A program made the position numbers and the translations under genes. Below the pieces are notes generated by a model that made no database searches, had not been told where the DNA came from, and saw nothing but the letters and a program-made list of their open reading frames with translations. 64,000 bases of DNA from a bacterium (GTDB lineage Bacteria; Patescibacteriota; Minisyncoccia; Phycocordibacterales; Phycocordibacteraceae), in NCBI GenBank assembly GCA_021778295.1, contig JAJYCP010000002.1:3027-67026 (forward strand), given 5' to 3'. Numbering within the stretch: the stretch's first letter is position 1; each line of letters starts with the position of its first letter. Positions 51,399 to 60,691 of this stretch are shown piece after piece.

Positions 51399-51623
51399 AT
51401 GAACTGTTCAATTTGCAAGGGCGAAATGGGCGAGATGCACTATGCCATCCGCGATATGAAGCCGAGCGAGACATATTTCGAATGGCTGGGACGGCATCTT
51501 GTTTGTCTCTTTGCTTTTGGCCTGAAGAGCAGAAAGCACGCCACCATCATTCCCGTGTGTGACGAATGCGCGCGGGGACATCTGGCATGCAACATTGCCG
51601 GAAGGTCAGAGCATGTGGCATGA
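51399..51623 (+). CDS. hypothetical small Cys-rich (zinc-ribbon-like) protein
   Basis: MNCSICKGEM...PVCDECARGHLAC with two CxxC pairs. GAGGAG lies 9 nt upstream of the ATG. Confidence 0.45.
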   Translation: MNCSICKGEMGEMHYAIRDMKPSETYFEWLGRHLVCLFAFGLKSRKHATIIPVCDECARGHLACNIAGRSEHVA

Positions 51624-51695
51624 ATCCTGCGAGAAGCGCACGCCCAGCGTAAGCTGGAAACGGCGCTTTTCTTTTTTAATACAAAAGTTAAGTCC

Positions 51696-53087
51696 TTAGA
51701 CTTTCTTCACTGAGTCTTTAGTAATTTCCCATGTCTCCCCCACCTCGGGGACAATGGCGCGCTCGCCGAGATAGTCGTGAATACGCTGCGCAAGAAAACG
51801 TTCGGCGGAAGGCTCGCCGATGGCAGTGAAAATAGCCTTCGTGCGCTTCCCTGAAAGCGCCGCTTCGGCAAACTTGAGAAGCTCATCGCGATCAGCGTGC
51901 GCTGACCATCCTTCGAGGATTTCTACTTTTGCCCGCAGGCGCACGGCGTGGCCATTCAGGCGTACTGAGGACGCGCCCTCTGCCATACGCCGCCCCGGGC
52001 TTCCTGGGGCCTGGTAACCGACTATAACGAGGGTTGTGGAGGGATCAGGGAGGTGTTTCGCTTCCCAGAGGCCGATGCGGCCGCCGTGACTCATTCCTGC
52101 GCCGGCAATGATTATTTTCGGGTTGGGTGTTTTCTCTATTTCCCGCGACTCCGCGTGCGAAAGCGTTTTATGCAAAAACGGAAATTCAAAAAGGCTTTTT
52201 TCTTTCTTCATTTCTTCCTCGGCAGCGCTCTTGAAGTAGGTCGGCCCCCATTTCTCATACACTTCCGTCACGCGGATAGCGAGCGGCGAATCGAGAAAGA
52301 CCGGCACCTTCGGAAGTTCTCCCGCCGCGAAGAAATTGGAGAGTTCATAGAGCATAAGTTGCGTACGCTCGAGCGAAAAGGCGGGAATGAGCACCGTACC
52401 GCCTTTGCCGACGGCGCGCTTGAGCGTATCGCGCAGGAGCGCCACGCGTTCCTCGTGCGGCGGGTGGAGCCGGTCGCCGTAAACACTCTCCATGACAAGA
52501 GCGTCGGCGTCTGAGACCGGCTCCCAGTCGGGCAAGAGCGGAGAGGGTGAATTGCCAATATCGCCGGTAACTGCGACCGTGACTCCTTCTTCATCCTTGA
52601 TCCGTACGCTCGAGGAGCCGAGGATGTGGCCCGTAGGGCGCAAATAGCCGGTAAGCCCGGGCGTGATTTCTTTTTCCGTGTGGTACTCAAGCGTTTCGAA
52701 GAGCGCGAACGCCGCGCCGACATCCTGTTCCTCGTAGAGCGGCTCCGCTCCGCGACGCTCGGCATCCTGACGAAGGATGCCGACCGAATCGCGCAAAATG
52801 AGCTCGGCTATATCTTTCGTGGGAGGTGTCATAAAAATCTTTCCGCGAAAGCCGCGCCGAACGAGTTGTGGTATGCGTCCGACGTGGTCAAGATGCGCGT
52901 GTGTGAGAACAAGTGCGTCAATTGTTTTCACCTCATAGGGAAACGGTCCGTACACGCACGCTTCGCAGAAGTCGGCTCCTTGTTCAATGCCGCAATCGAC
53001 GAGAACTCGCCCGCGCGCTCCTTCGATTAAGAAATTCGAGCCGGTAACTTTCCCCGCGCCGCCATAGAAACTCAGCCGCAATGACAT
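51696..53087 (-). CDS. MBL-fold / beta-CASP RNA-metabolising hydrolase (CPSF73-like)
   Basis: 463 aa. FYGGAGKVTGSNFLIE, LTHAHLDHVGRIP, TGDIG and a C-terminal GWSAHADRDEL (beta-CASP motif C). Confidence 0.85.
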   Translation of the reverse strand: MSLRLSFYGGAGKVTGSNFLIEGARGRVLVDCGIEQGADFCEACVYGPFPYEVKTIDALVLTHAHLDHVGRIPQLVRRGFRGKIFMTPPTKDIAELILRDSVGILRQDAERRGAEPLYEEQDVGAAFALFETLEYHTEKEITPGLTGYLRPTGHILGSSSVRIKDEEGVTVAVTGDIGNSPSPLLPDWEPVSDADALVMESVYGDRLHPPHEERVALLRDTLKRAVGKGGTVLIPAFSLERTQLMLYELSNFFAAGELPKVPVFLDSPLAIRVTEVYEKWGPTYFKSAAEEEMKKEKSLFEFPFLHKTLSHAESREIEKTPNPKIIIAGAGMSHGGRIGLWEAKHLPDPSTTLVIVGYQAPGSPGRRMAEGASSVRLNGHAVRLRAKVEILEGWSAHADRDELLKFAEAALSGKRTKAIFTAIGEPSAERFLAQRIHDYLGERAIVPEVGETWEITKDSVKKV

Positions 53088-53101
53088 GCGTGCAATGTAC
53101 C

Positions 53102-53154
53102 ACGGCTCCGTACAAAATCCCGTCTCACTAAGACGGGATTTTGTACGGAGCCGT
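53102..53154. other. 24-bp perfect inverted repeat (ACGGCTCCGTACAAAATCCCGTCT-CACTA-AGACGGGATTTTGTACGGAGCCGT)
   Basis: Read directly. It begins 15 nt upstream of the minus-strand start codon at 53087 and is not repeated elsewhere in the window. Confidence 0.85.
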
Positions 53155-53309
53155 TCCCTGATGCAACTTTATTCTGCCAGGTGGGTGCCCGAATGGCGGC
53201 TATCGGATTTCCCTGCGGAATTCACCAAGCGTACCTGAATGCAAAGCTCCCGAAAATGAGGCAAGTTGCGTTTTTAAGAACGACTCCGGTACCAGTATAC
53301 TCTTTTTTT

Positions 53310-53468
53310 CTAAAACCATTTCAAAACCCCCGCTTCCCCGCGAGGGGTATGCGACAGAAAGAGGCTCTCGGAGCCCGACGGGGCGAGAGCGAGCCGCTTT
53401 TTCAGCAGAAAAAGACGGCGTACTCCTTTCTGTCGCATACCCGAGCGGGGGTTTGGAATTGGGTTCTA
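53310..53468. repeat. MITE-like palindromic repeat, copy 4
   Basis: CTAAAACCATTTCAAAAC...GGGGTATGCGACAGAAAGAGG...CCTTTCTGTCGCATACCC...GGAATTGGGTTCTAA. Its right terminus contains the ndk stop codon (CTA at 53466..53468). Confidence 0.85.
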
Positions 53469-54050
53469 ATCGCCGTGCCGTTTGTAGCGGTGGAGAGTGC
53501 TCTTCCCGAACCAGTGTTCGATTTCGTGCGCCGCCTCCTCGGGCGTCTCGGATGCATGAACGATGTTTGCGACCGCGCGTTTTTCGGCATTCGCGATGGC
53601 GGGAGAATCGTTAGAAAAATCTCCACGAATGGTACCCATATCGGCCTGATACGGCATCGTCGGACCGCAGATCTTGCGCACCATATCGACCGCATGCGTG
53701 CCCTCGACCACCATCTTCACCAGAGGAGCGGAGAGCATGTAATCGACGAGCCATTTCCGTATTTCGGGACCGATCTCTTCCGGCGCGGTCGTACCGAAAT
53801 CTTCCATCGCATCAAACTGATACTTTTCATAGGTAGCGAGCGTCTTCTCGCCGAGACGCTTCACCCATGCGGCATCCTTCGGGTAATGCGTATCGATCTG
53901 ATCAAACGTCGGCTGAAACATCTCGAGAGCGACGATCTTGAGATCGCGCTGCTCGAAACGCTTGATAATCTCGCCGACAAGGCCCTTCTTTACTCCGTCA
54001 GGCTTTATCATCACGTAGGTGCGCTCTTCTTTCGGATTCTTATGTGCCAT
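53466..54050 (-). CDS. ndk: nucleoside-diphosphate kinase (long form with an internal insertion)
   Basis: ERTYVMIKPDGV..GLVGEII.RFE...LKIVA and IRGDF......N.VHASE. 194 aa, against about 140-150 aa for typical Ndk. Confidence 0.85.
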   Translation of the reverse strand: MAHKNPKEERTYVMIKPDGVKKGLVGEIIKRFEQRDLKIVALEMFQPTFDQIDTHYPKDAAWVKRLGEKTLATYEKYQFDAMEDFGTTAPEEIGPEIRKWLVDYMLSAPLVKMVVEGTHAVDMVRKICGPTMPYQADMGTIRGDFSNDSPAIANAEKRAVANIVHASETPEEAAHEIEHWFGKSTLHRYKRHGD

Positions 54051-54079
54051 AATTTCAAAAATAAATAGCCGCGGAGCGG

Positions 54080-54844
54080 TTATCCGGTAATGATACGCGG
54101 TCCGTTCTTTTCAATCAAGATGGTGTGCTCGAAGTGCGCGGAGCGGGATCCGTCCTTGGTTTTGTACGTGTACCCGTCCGGAGCGAGGATGACCGCCGCC
54201 TTGCCGGCGCTTGAAATCGGCTCAAGCGCGAGCACCATGCCTTCCTTCAGTACCAAGCCTGTTCCCGCGCGCCCATAGTTGGGGATGAAAGGTTCTTCGT
54301 GCACGCGATCGCCGACGCCGTGCCCGCCGAGAGATTTCACGACCTTGAAACCCGCGCGCTCAATTGTCTCTGCGATGGCGTGCGAGATATCGCCGATATG
54401 ATTTCCGATGACGGCGCGCGCGATTCCCGCTTTGAGCGCTTCCTCGGTCGCGTACAAGAGCCGTTTCGTTTCATCATCCGTTTGTCCGACCGGCACGGTG
54501 ATCGCCGCATCGACGATGACGCCTTCATGCGCGAGACCGAGATCAAGCCCGACGATATCTCCTTTTTTCAGGATTTTTTTCGATTCGTTCGGGATGCCGT
54601 GCACGACTTCGTCGTTTATCGAGACACACAGCGTTGCCGGGTACGGGCGATGCGCGCCTTCGGGCGTATAGCCGAGAAACACCGGTTCATCAGCGCCCTC
54701 GCGGATGAGCTCTTCCGCCCTATCGTCGAGTTCTTCAGATGTCACTCCGGGCGCGACGGCACCACGGAGCGCGCGAAGCACGGCGGCGAGACGTTTCCCC
54801 GCTTCGATAAGATTCGCCCGTTCAGTGTCGTTCTTGATTATCAT
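54080..54844 (-). CDS. map: type I methionine aminopeptidase
   Basis: VHGIP, GDIV.LD.G......D.A.T, GH.IG, HG.G and EP are metal-ligand blocks. 254 aa. Confidence 0.95.
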   Translation of the reverse strand: MIIKNDTERANLIEAGKRLAAVLRALRGAVAPGVTSEELDDRAEELIREGADEPVFLGYTPEGAHRPYPATLCVSINDEVVHGIPNESKKILKKGDIVGLDLGLAHEGVIVDAAITVPVGQTDDETKRLLYATEEALKAGIARAVIGNHIGDISHAIAETIERAGFKVVKSLGGHGVGDRVHEEPFIPNYGRAGTGLVLKEGMVLALEPISSAGKAAVILAPDGYTYKTKDGSRSAHFEHTILIEKNGPRIITG

Positions 54845-55455
54845 GATAAGGACACGCGGGCGAGCGCCGCGCGAATATCCTTTGCAACCTGCTCCGGCAA
54901 CTGTTCGCCTTGTATGTCGACGAGCACGCCCGCTCTTCGGAACGTTTCCACCGCCGCTTCGGTATGCGCATAGTATTCTTTCAACCGTTCGCCGACGACC
55001 GCATCATCTTGCCGGCCCTCGGTTTCTTTACGGCCCGCGAGACGGCGATGCACTTCTTCATCAGATATGCGGATATCGAAAATTAAGAACGGCCGCGCGA
55101 GCCACGAGAGAGATTCGAGAATAAGTTCAGCCTCGGGCAGCTTACGGTTGAATCCGTCAAAGATGACGCTCGTGCCGTCCGGAAGCGCAAAAAGCGCCTT
55201 CTGAAAGAGATACATCGCGAACCAGTGCGGCGCAAGAAGCCCGGCCTCCATTTCGGACTTAATTTTCCGGCCGACTCTGGTATTGAGAGCGGCTATTCCC
55301 CGAAACTGCTGACCGGCTGAAATGACTGCCCAGCCGGTTGCCTGAGAAAGCAGCTTCGCTTGCGTGCCCTTGCCGCAACCCGGTTTTCCGATGAAGAAAA
55401 CGGTATGCGCTCCCTCATGACCTTCTGCGGAAGTGCTCTTGGAGTGCGTATCCAT
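54841..55455 (-). CDS. adk: adenylate kinase (short-lid type)
   Basis: FIGKPGCGKGTQA P-loop. Sits between secY and map, as in spc operons. ATGA overlap with map. Confidence 0.85.
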   Translation of the reverse strand: MDTHSKSTSAEGHEGAHTVFFIGKPGCGKGTQAKLLSQATGWAVISAGQQFRGIAALNTRVGRKIKSEMEAGLLAPHWFAMYLFQKALFALPDGTSVIFDGFNRKLPEAELILESLSWLARPFLIFDIRISDEEVHRRLAGRKETEGRQDDAVVGERLKEYYAHTEAAVETFRRAGVLVDIQGEQLPEQVAKDIRAALARVSLS

Positions 55456-55479
55456 CCGTCCACTCTAGCATTTTTAGTT

Positions 55480-56754
55480 TTAGTATTCCCGAAGCGAAAC
55501 TTGCGCATCGATCTTTTGAGCCAGATCAAGGGCTACCTGCACTGCGATAAGAAGCGCTGTTCCTCCCAATACCAATGTCGTGATGCCGGTAAGCCCTTGG
55601 ATGATTGAAGGGGCCACCGCGAGAAGGCCGAGGAAAGCGGCGCCCGGGAGCGTAACGCGGTTTACCACTTTCCCGATATATTCCTCGGTCTCGCGACCGG
55701 GACGTACTCCGGGGACGAACGCTCCCGTTTTTTGGAGATCCTCCGCGACACGGTGCGGCTCGAAGGTGACCGCGGTGTAGAAATAGGTAAAGAGTACGAC
55801 GAGCGTGAAGTATACGGCACCGTACTTCCACGGATTGGACAGGAAGGCGGTGTACCAGAGCGCCGCGCCGGAGGCGAACGAAATATGCGCAGCTGCAAGC
55901 ATTGAAAGCGCCATCTGCGGCAGAAGCAGGAGCGAAAGGGCGAAGATGATCGGGATCACACCTGCCTGCAGGAGGCGGATAGGGAGATATGTTGCTGCGC
56001 CCTGCGCGAGTGCCGCGCCGCGCACCTGTCGCGCATAGGCGATCGGTATCGAGCGCTCGGCATCGGACACGACAACGACCGCGTAAATCATCGCGAGCGC
56101 GAGAATAAGGAACGCGAGATAGCTGGGGATATTCGCGGCGGTGGAAGCGAAAATGGTCTCGGAAATTCCGGCGGGCACGCGCGAAAGGATACCGGCGAGA
56201 ATGATAAGTGAGACGCCGTTGCCGATACCGAATTCGGTGACGAGCTCGCCGATCCACATGAGGAGCATGGAGCCTGCCGCGACAAGCGTTATGTTCGCAA
56301 TGAGCGATACGGAATCCAAGCGCGCTATGACGCCCTGGTTTTCAAGAAGAAACAAGAAACCGACGGCCTGCAAAACGGCGATGGGGACGGTGAGAAGACG
56401 ACTCCATTCGATAAACTTCGCGCGCCCTGCTTCCCCTTCCTCAAAGTAAGCCTGCTTCACCTGCGGGAATATGATGGTACCGAGCTGCATGATTATCGAA
56501 GCGGTGATATAGGGGCCTACACCAAGCATGACTATCGAGAGCTGCGAAAGGCCGCCGCCCGAAAAAATATTCAGAAGGCCGAAAAATTGATTGTTCGCAA
56601 AGAACGCCGCGAGCGCGGCCTTGTTCACTCCCGGGATCGGCACTGCGGCAAGGAGGCGGAAAAGCGCGAGGGCCGCCGCAAGGAACAGGATGCGACGCCG
56701 TATCTCTGAGTCGCCGAAAGCGAGTTTTAATTTATGGACGAAAGAATTAAGCAT
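55480..56754 (-). CDS. secY: preprotein translocase subunit SecY
   Basis: About 424 aa with 10 TMs. Carries IFSGGGLSQLSI..LG..PYI.ASII.QL and GI.PG.RPG..T. Start moved to ATG 56754. Confidence 0.95.
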   Translation of the reverse strand: MLNSFVHKLKLAFGDSEIRRRILFLAAALALFRLLAAVPIPGVNKAALAAFFANNQFFGLLNIFSGGGLSQLSIVMLGVGPYITASIIMQLGTIIFPQVKQAYFEEGEAGRAKFIEWSRLLTVPIAVLQAVGFLFLLENQGVIARLDSVSLIANITLVAAGSMLLMWIGELVTEFGIGNGVSLIILAGILSRVPAGISETIFASTAANIPSYLAFLILALAMIYAVVVVSDAERSIPIAYARQVRGAALAQGAATYLPIRLLQAGVIPIIFALSLLLLPQMALSMLAAAHISFASGAALWYTAFLSNPWKYGAVYFTLVVLFTYFYTAVTFEPHRVAEDLQKTGAFVPGVRPGRETEEYIGKVVNRVTLPGAAFLGLLAVAPSIIQGLTGITTLVLGGTALLIAVQVALDLAQKIDAQVSLREY

Positions 56755-57199
56755 TGTGTGTGCCGCCGGCCCCGAGAATTGCGGCGCGGGCGACGGCAGA
56801 GAGCGCGCAGTTTTTGACCGTGAGCGCTTTCGTGAGCGCACCGGTGCCGAGTATCTTCACCGCAGGCGCGCGCCCTTTGGCGCGCCGCACAAGCCCCTTT
56901 GCAAGCAATGAAGCAGGAGAGACCGTCTCTCCGGCATTATATGCCATTTCGAGCGCCGCGATATTCACCGCTGAAACGTTCGTTTTATCCATCCGCACCG
57001 TGCGCGAACGATTCTTGCCGTGACCGCGACGTTTCGGGAGCTTTTTTATGAGATCGCGCGCTTCGGGACGGATTTTGTGCCCGGCGCGCGCAGTCTGTCC
57101 TTTCCCGCCATGACCGCTTGTTTTACCGCGCTTGCCACCGCGACCGACCGCTACGGACAGGCGACGTTTTGCGCGCGGAACGAGTGAATTGAGTTGCAT
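56747..57199 (-). CDS. rplO: 50S ribosomal protein L15
   Basis: RVGRGGKRGKTSGHGGKGQ.AR.G is the glycine-rich N-terminus typical of L15. Confidence 0.95.
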   Translation of the reverse strand: MQLNSLVPRAKRRLSVAVGRGGKRGKTSGHGGKGQTARAGHKIRPEARDLIKKLPKRRGHGKNRSRTVRMDKTNVSAVNIAALEMAYNAGETVSPASLLAKGLVRRAKGRAPAVKILGTGALTKALTVKNCALSAVARAAILGAGGTHNA

Positions 57200-57208
57200 A
57201 GGAAAATA

Positions 57209-57898
57209 TTACTGCGCGCTCCTCTGCTCGGGCAAGCGCAACTTTTTGAGCGCGGCGACCGTCGCGCGCGAGATGGTGAGTTTGTTTTTCGAACGTGTGT
57301 GGATTTTTGCCACGACGTCAGTAACGCCGCCGAGCTCGAGCACGGTGCGCATTGCCGAACCTGCGACGATCCCGCGGCCCTTTGAGGGAATGATCTCGAC
57401 CGTGGAAGAAGCATACTTTGCTTCCACCTGATGCGGAATCGAGCCTGAGGCCGTGCGGGCAATCGTAAAGAGATGTTTCTTCGCATCGCGTGTCGCTTTG
57501 TCTATGGCAAGCGCCGTATCGACCCCTTTCCCAAGTCCCACGCCCACGCGACCTTTTTTATCGCCAATGATGACCACGAGACTGAAACTGAAACGGCGAC
57601 CGCCCGCCATCACGCGCGCAACGCGCCGCGCATCTATGGTGACCTGCTCAAACTCTCCGCGCTCGCGCGGAGCGCGGGCTCGGGCGCCCCCGCGTGGCGC
57701 CCGCGAGCGCACCGGTCCCCTACCGCCTCGTTCGGGACGTGCATTTGCGGCAGGTAGCGGTTCTTCAGAAACGGGCTCGACGGACACGTTCCCGACAGCC
57801 GAAGCATCCGTCTCGACCGGACTTTCTACAGTAGAAGCTGCGGCGTCCACCGGCTGCTCCGTTTCCTGCTCCTGTGACAATTGTGTATCGTCGATCAT
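57209..57898 (-). CDS. rpsE: 30S ribosomal protein S5 with a ~80-aa acidic/low-complexity N-terminal extension
   Basis: Core V..I.R..RV..GGRRF.F...V..GD..G.VG.G.GK...V..AI.KA. Extension MIDDTQLSQEQETEQPVDAAAS.... Only a 9-nt gap to rplO, so no rpmD. Confidence 0.9.
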   Translation of the reverse strand: MIDDTQLSQEQETEQPVDAAASTVESPVETDASAVGNVSVEPVSEEPLPAANARPERGGRGPVRSRAPRGGARARAPRERGEFEQVTIDARRVARVMAGGRRFSFSLVVIIGDKKGRVGVGLGKGVDTALAIDKATRDAKKHLFTIARTASGSIPHQVEAKYASSTVEIIPSKGRGIVAGSAMRTVLELGGVTDVVAKIHTRSKNKLTISRATVAALKKLRLPEQRSAQ

Positions 57899-57903
57899 AA
57901 ATA

Positions 57904-58254
57904 TTAAAAAATGAGTCCGCCCGCGCGAGCTGCGTCCGCGAGCGCCTTAACCTGCCCGCCATAGCGATAGCCGCCACGATCAAAGACAATCGTGGTGATA
58001 CCGGTTGCCTGTGCTTTCCGTGCAATAGCCTCGCCGACCGATGCTGCCTGCAGGGATTGCGCGCCTTTAAACTCGCGCCCGTGCGCGGCAACGATGGTCT
58101 TGCCCGCTGTATCGTCAATGAGTTGCGCCGAGACGAAGCGGTTGCTCTTGAAGACCGCGAGGCGCGGGCGCGACGCGGTTCCTTTGACAAGCGCTCGGAT
58201 GCGAGTGCGGCGGCGAGCGCGTAGTTCTGTGTTTGTTTTTGATCCGTGATTCAT
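57904..58254 (-). CDS. rplR: 50S ribosomal protein L18
   Basis: R..R.R......RPRL.VF.SN......Q.IDD..G.T and FDRGGY.Y.G.V.ALA..AR..GL.F. Confidence 0.95.
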   Translation of the reverse strand: MNHGSKTNTELRARRRTRIRALVKGTASRPRLAVFKSNRFVSAQLIDDTAGKTIVAAHGREFKGAQSLQAASVGEAIARKAQATGITTIVFDRGGYRYGGQVKALADAARAGGLIF

Positions 58255-58264
58255 ATACAGAAAA

Positions 58265-58795
58265 TTAAGCGGCTTTCTTGCCTTGTTTGCGGCGGATTAC
58301 TTCGCCTTCGTAGCGAATACCCTTCCCCAGGTATGGCTCGGGCGGCTTCACGCGTCGTATGTTCGCCGCAAATTGCCCGAGTGACTCTTTGTTTATGCTT
58401 TCGATTTTTATGACGTTCTTCTCAACCGTCGCCGAGACATCCGCGGGTATCTTGAGCGCGACCGTGTGCGAGAAACCGACGGACAGGACGATATCGCTCC
58501 CTTTGACTTCGACACGGTAGCCGACACCTTCGAGAATGAGTTTCTTCACGTAGGGCGTTTCGACGCCGGCCATCATGTTTTTCACATGCGAAGCGAAAGT
58601 GCCGGTGAGCGCCTTGGCGAGGCGCGAGCGATCTTTCGGCACGACTGAGATGCCGCTCTCATCGACCGTGATGGCGACCGCGGGGTGTATGCGCTTGGTA
58701 AGCGCGCCTTTGGTGCCTTTCACAGAAAGTACTCCGTTCTCCACGAGAACTGCGGTTTTCCCTATCGTTATCGGCTTTTTTGCGAGGCGACTCAT
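58265..58795 (-). CDS. rplF: 50S ribosomal protein L6
   Basis: MSRLAKKPI.I, GVGYR...KG and PEPY.GKGI.Y.GE. Confidence 0.95.
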   Translation of the reverse strand: MSRLAKKPITIGKTAVLVENGVLSVKGTKGALTKRIHPAVAITVDESGISVVPKDRSRLAKALTGTFASHVKNMMAGVETPYVKKLILEGVGYRVEVKGSDIVLSVGFSHTVALKIPADVSATVEKNVIKIESINKESLGQFAANIRRVKPPEPYLGKGIRYEGEVIRRKQGKKAA

Positions 58796-58808
58796 AGTAG
58801 TATCCGTA

Positions 58809-59213
58809 TTACCAGATTTCGAAAAGCTCTTCGCCGCCGACCTTATTCTTGCGCGCCTCTCTATCCGAAATAATGCCGCTTGAGGAGGAAAGGATGCGCG
58901 CGCCGGTACCGCCCTTCACCCGATGCGCGGCCGTATGCGCCGCGTAGAGCCTCCGGCCGGGTTTACTCACGCGCTTCACGCCGCGCAATTTCGGGAGTCC
59001 GCGGTCGTCGTAGGCGAGCGTCACGGTAAACAGCTTCTTCACGCCTTCGCCTTCTTGCGTTTTCACTTCGACTGCGGAAAGGAAACCGAGTTCCTTCAGC
59101 TTCTTTGCAATGGCGAGAAGATGCCCGGAATATGGCACGCCGACGTCGCGCTTCCCGATGCGCGCGGCATTTTGCAGACGGATGATGAAATCGCCGACGC
59201 GGTCGCTTACCAT
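58809..59213 (-). CDS. rpsH: 30S ribosomal protein S8
   Basis: D.VGDF..R..NA, then the C-terminal G.GG.E.L...W. Confidence 0.95.
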   Translation of the reverse strand: MVSDRVGDFIIRLQNAARIGKRDVGVPYSGHLLAIAKKLKELGFLSAVEVKTQEGEGVKKLFTVTLAYDDRGLPKLRGVKRVSKPGRRLYAAHTAAHRVKGGTGARILSSSSGIISDREARKNKVGGEELFEIW

Positions 59214-59476
59214 GATGCTTTTTTAACGCCCGGGATTTTTCCCTCGCGCGCGAGCTCGCGGAACTGGATGCGCGAGAGCCCGAAGACGCGCATGTAACCG
59301 CGCGAACGACCGGAAATCGCACAACGGTTCTTGAGACGCACCGGCGAAGAGTTTCTCGGGAGCTTTTGGAGGCCCTCAAAATCACCAGTCAGCTTCAAAG
59401 CCGCACGCTTGACCGCGTACTTCTTCACGAGCTTCGCCTTTTTGGCGTATCGTGCTAGCTGGGATTTTTTTGCCAC
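59207..59476 (-). CDS. rpsN: 30S ribosomal protein S14 (long, non-zinc form)
   Basis: MAKKS...R..K....V.KY..KR and RCA.SGR.RG..R.FGLSRI.FRELA..G.IPGV.KASW. Confidence 0.95.
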   Translation of the reverse strand: MAKKSQLARYAKKAKLVKKYAVKRAALKLTGDFEGLQKLPRNSSPVRLKNRCAISGRSRGYMRVFGLSRIQFRELAREGKIPGVKKASW

Positions 59477-59512
59477 AAAAAATAAAGCTCCGAGGAGCGT
59501 TGCTCCAGAGTA

Positions 59513-60064
59513 TCAGCGTTTTACGCTCGAGTCAACGATGAGCGGCAAACCGAGGTGGCGCAGAAACGCCTCGGCTTCGGCCTTGGTCGAGGCGGTGGTA
59601 ACGATGGTTATGGCGAGACCGAAGACATCTTTTAGATCCTCATCGCTCGTCTCCGGGAAAATAGTGTGTTCTTTAATCCCGATGGTGAGATTGCCCATCG
59701 CATCGATGGCGCTTGGGGCGAGGCCACGGAAATCGCGCGTACGCGGCAATGCGATGTGGATCAGCTTGTCGAGAAAATCGTACATCCGCGCGCCGCGCAG
59801 CGTCACCTGAAGCCCAACCGTATCGCCGGCGCGCACTTTGAAGGAAGCGATGGAGATGCGCGCAGCGCGTTGTGATGGTTTCTGTCCGGTAATTTTTGCG
59901 AGACGGTCCTCGATGAGCTCGAGCTGTTTCTTGTCGCGCTTCTTGCCCACGCCGGAAGAGACGATGACCTTGCTCACGCGCGGACTTCGCATCGGACTCG
60001 TATATCCGAATGTTTCCTTGAGCGCGAGGTAAGCGGCCTGCTGTCTTTGTTTGGTTATGGACAT
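59513..60064 (-). CDS. rplE: 50S ribosomal protein L5
   Basis: P.V.K.V...GVG and A.FK.R.GD..G..VTLRG..MY.FLD.L. Start moved to ATG 60064. Confidence 0.95.
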   Translation of the reverse strand: MSITKQRQQAAYLALKETFGYTSPMRSPRVSKVIVSSGVGKKRDKKQLELIEDRLAKITGQKPSQRAARISIASFKVRAGDTVGLQVTLRGARMYDFLDKLIHIALPRTRDFRGLAPSAIDAMGNLTIGIKEHTIFPETSDEDLKDVFGLAITIVTTASTKAEAEAFLRHLGLPLIVDSSVKR

Positions 60065-60071
60065 ATGCAAT

Positions 60072-60302
60072 TTATTTTCCTTTTGCTGATTCGACACGCA
60101 CAACGTTCGATACGTGAATCGGCCGTGGTCGCTCGGAAATATGGCCGACTTCGCCCGTACGGCCCTTGCGATGGCGTTTCGTAATTGCGACGCCTTCGAC
60201 GACGACCCTGTCTTCCCGCGGCAATGCGCGCAGGATAACGCCGGTCGCGCCTTTGTCCTTGCCTGAAATAATCCTCACCTTGTCTCCTTTTTTGACGTGC
60301 AT
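60072..60302 (-). CDS. rplX: 50S ribosomal protein L24
   Basis: MHVKKGDKVRIISGKDKGATGVI (KOW motif). Start moved to ATG 60302. Confidence 0.95.
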   Translation of the reverse strand: MHVKKGDKVRIISGKDKGATGVILRALPREDRVVVEGVAITKRHRKGRTGEVGHISERPRPIHVSNVVRVESAKGK

Positions 60303-60312
60303 ACGAAAATAA

Positions 60313-60690
60313 TTAGACGACTTCGGGCGCCAAAGAGACGATAGAGTGCCAGCCGCGCTCGGAAAGTTCGCGTGGAACGGGACCAAAGATTCGATTCCCT
60401 TTCGGGGCCATCTCCTTGCCCTGCTTCTCGACGATGACGACCGCATTCTCATCGAAACGTATGTACGAACCGTCTTTCCTTGCAAAGGGTTTCGTCTGCC
60501 GCACGACGACCGCGCGACAGATGTCCTTTTTTTTCACCGCCTTGCGCGGCTCGGCGGTCTGGATGGCAATGACGACCGTATCGCCGATGCGCGCATAGCG
60601 GCGTTTGGAACCGCCAAGCACCTTGAACACCCGTGCGATCTTTCCGCCTGAATTATCTGCGACCATGACGATGGATTGAGGCTGTAACAT
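60313..60690 (-). CDS. rplN: 50S ribosomal protein L14
   Basis: MLQPQSIVMVADNSGGK...R.A.IGD.VV. Start moved to ATG 60690. Confidence 0.95.
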   Translation of the reverse strand: MLQPQSIVMVADNSGGKIARVFKVLGGSKRRYARIGDTVVIAIQTAEPRKAVKKKDICRAVVVRQTKPFARKDGSYIRFDENAVVIVEKQGKEMAPKGNRIFGPVPRELSERGWHSIVSLAPEVV

Positions 60691-60691
60691 A

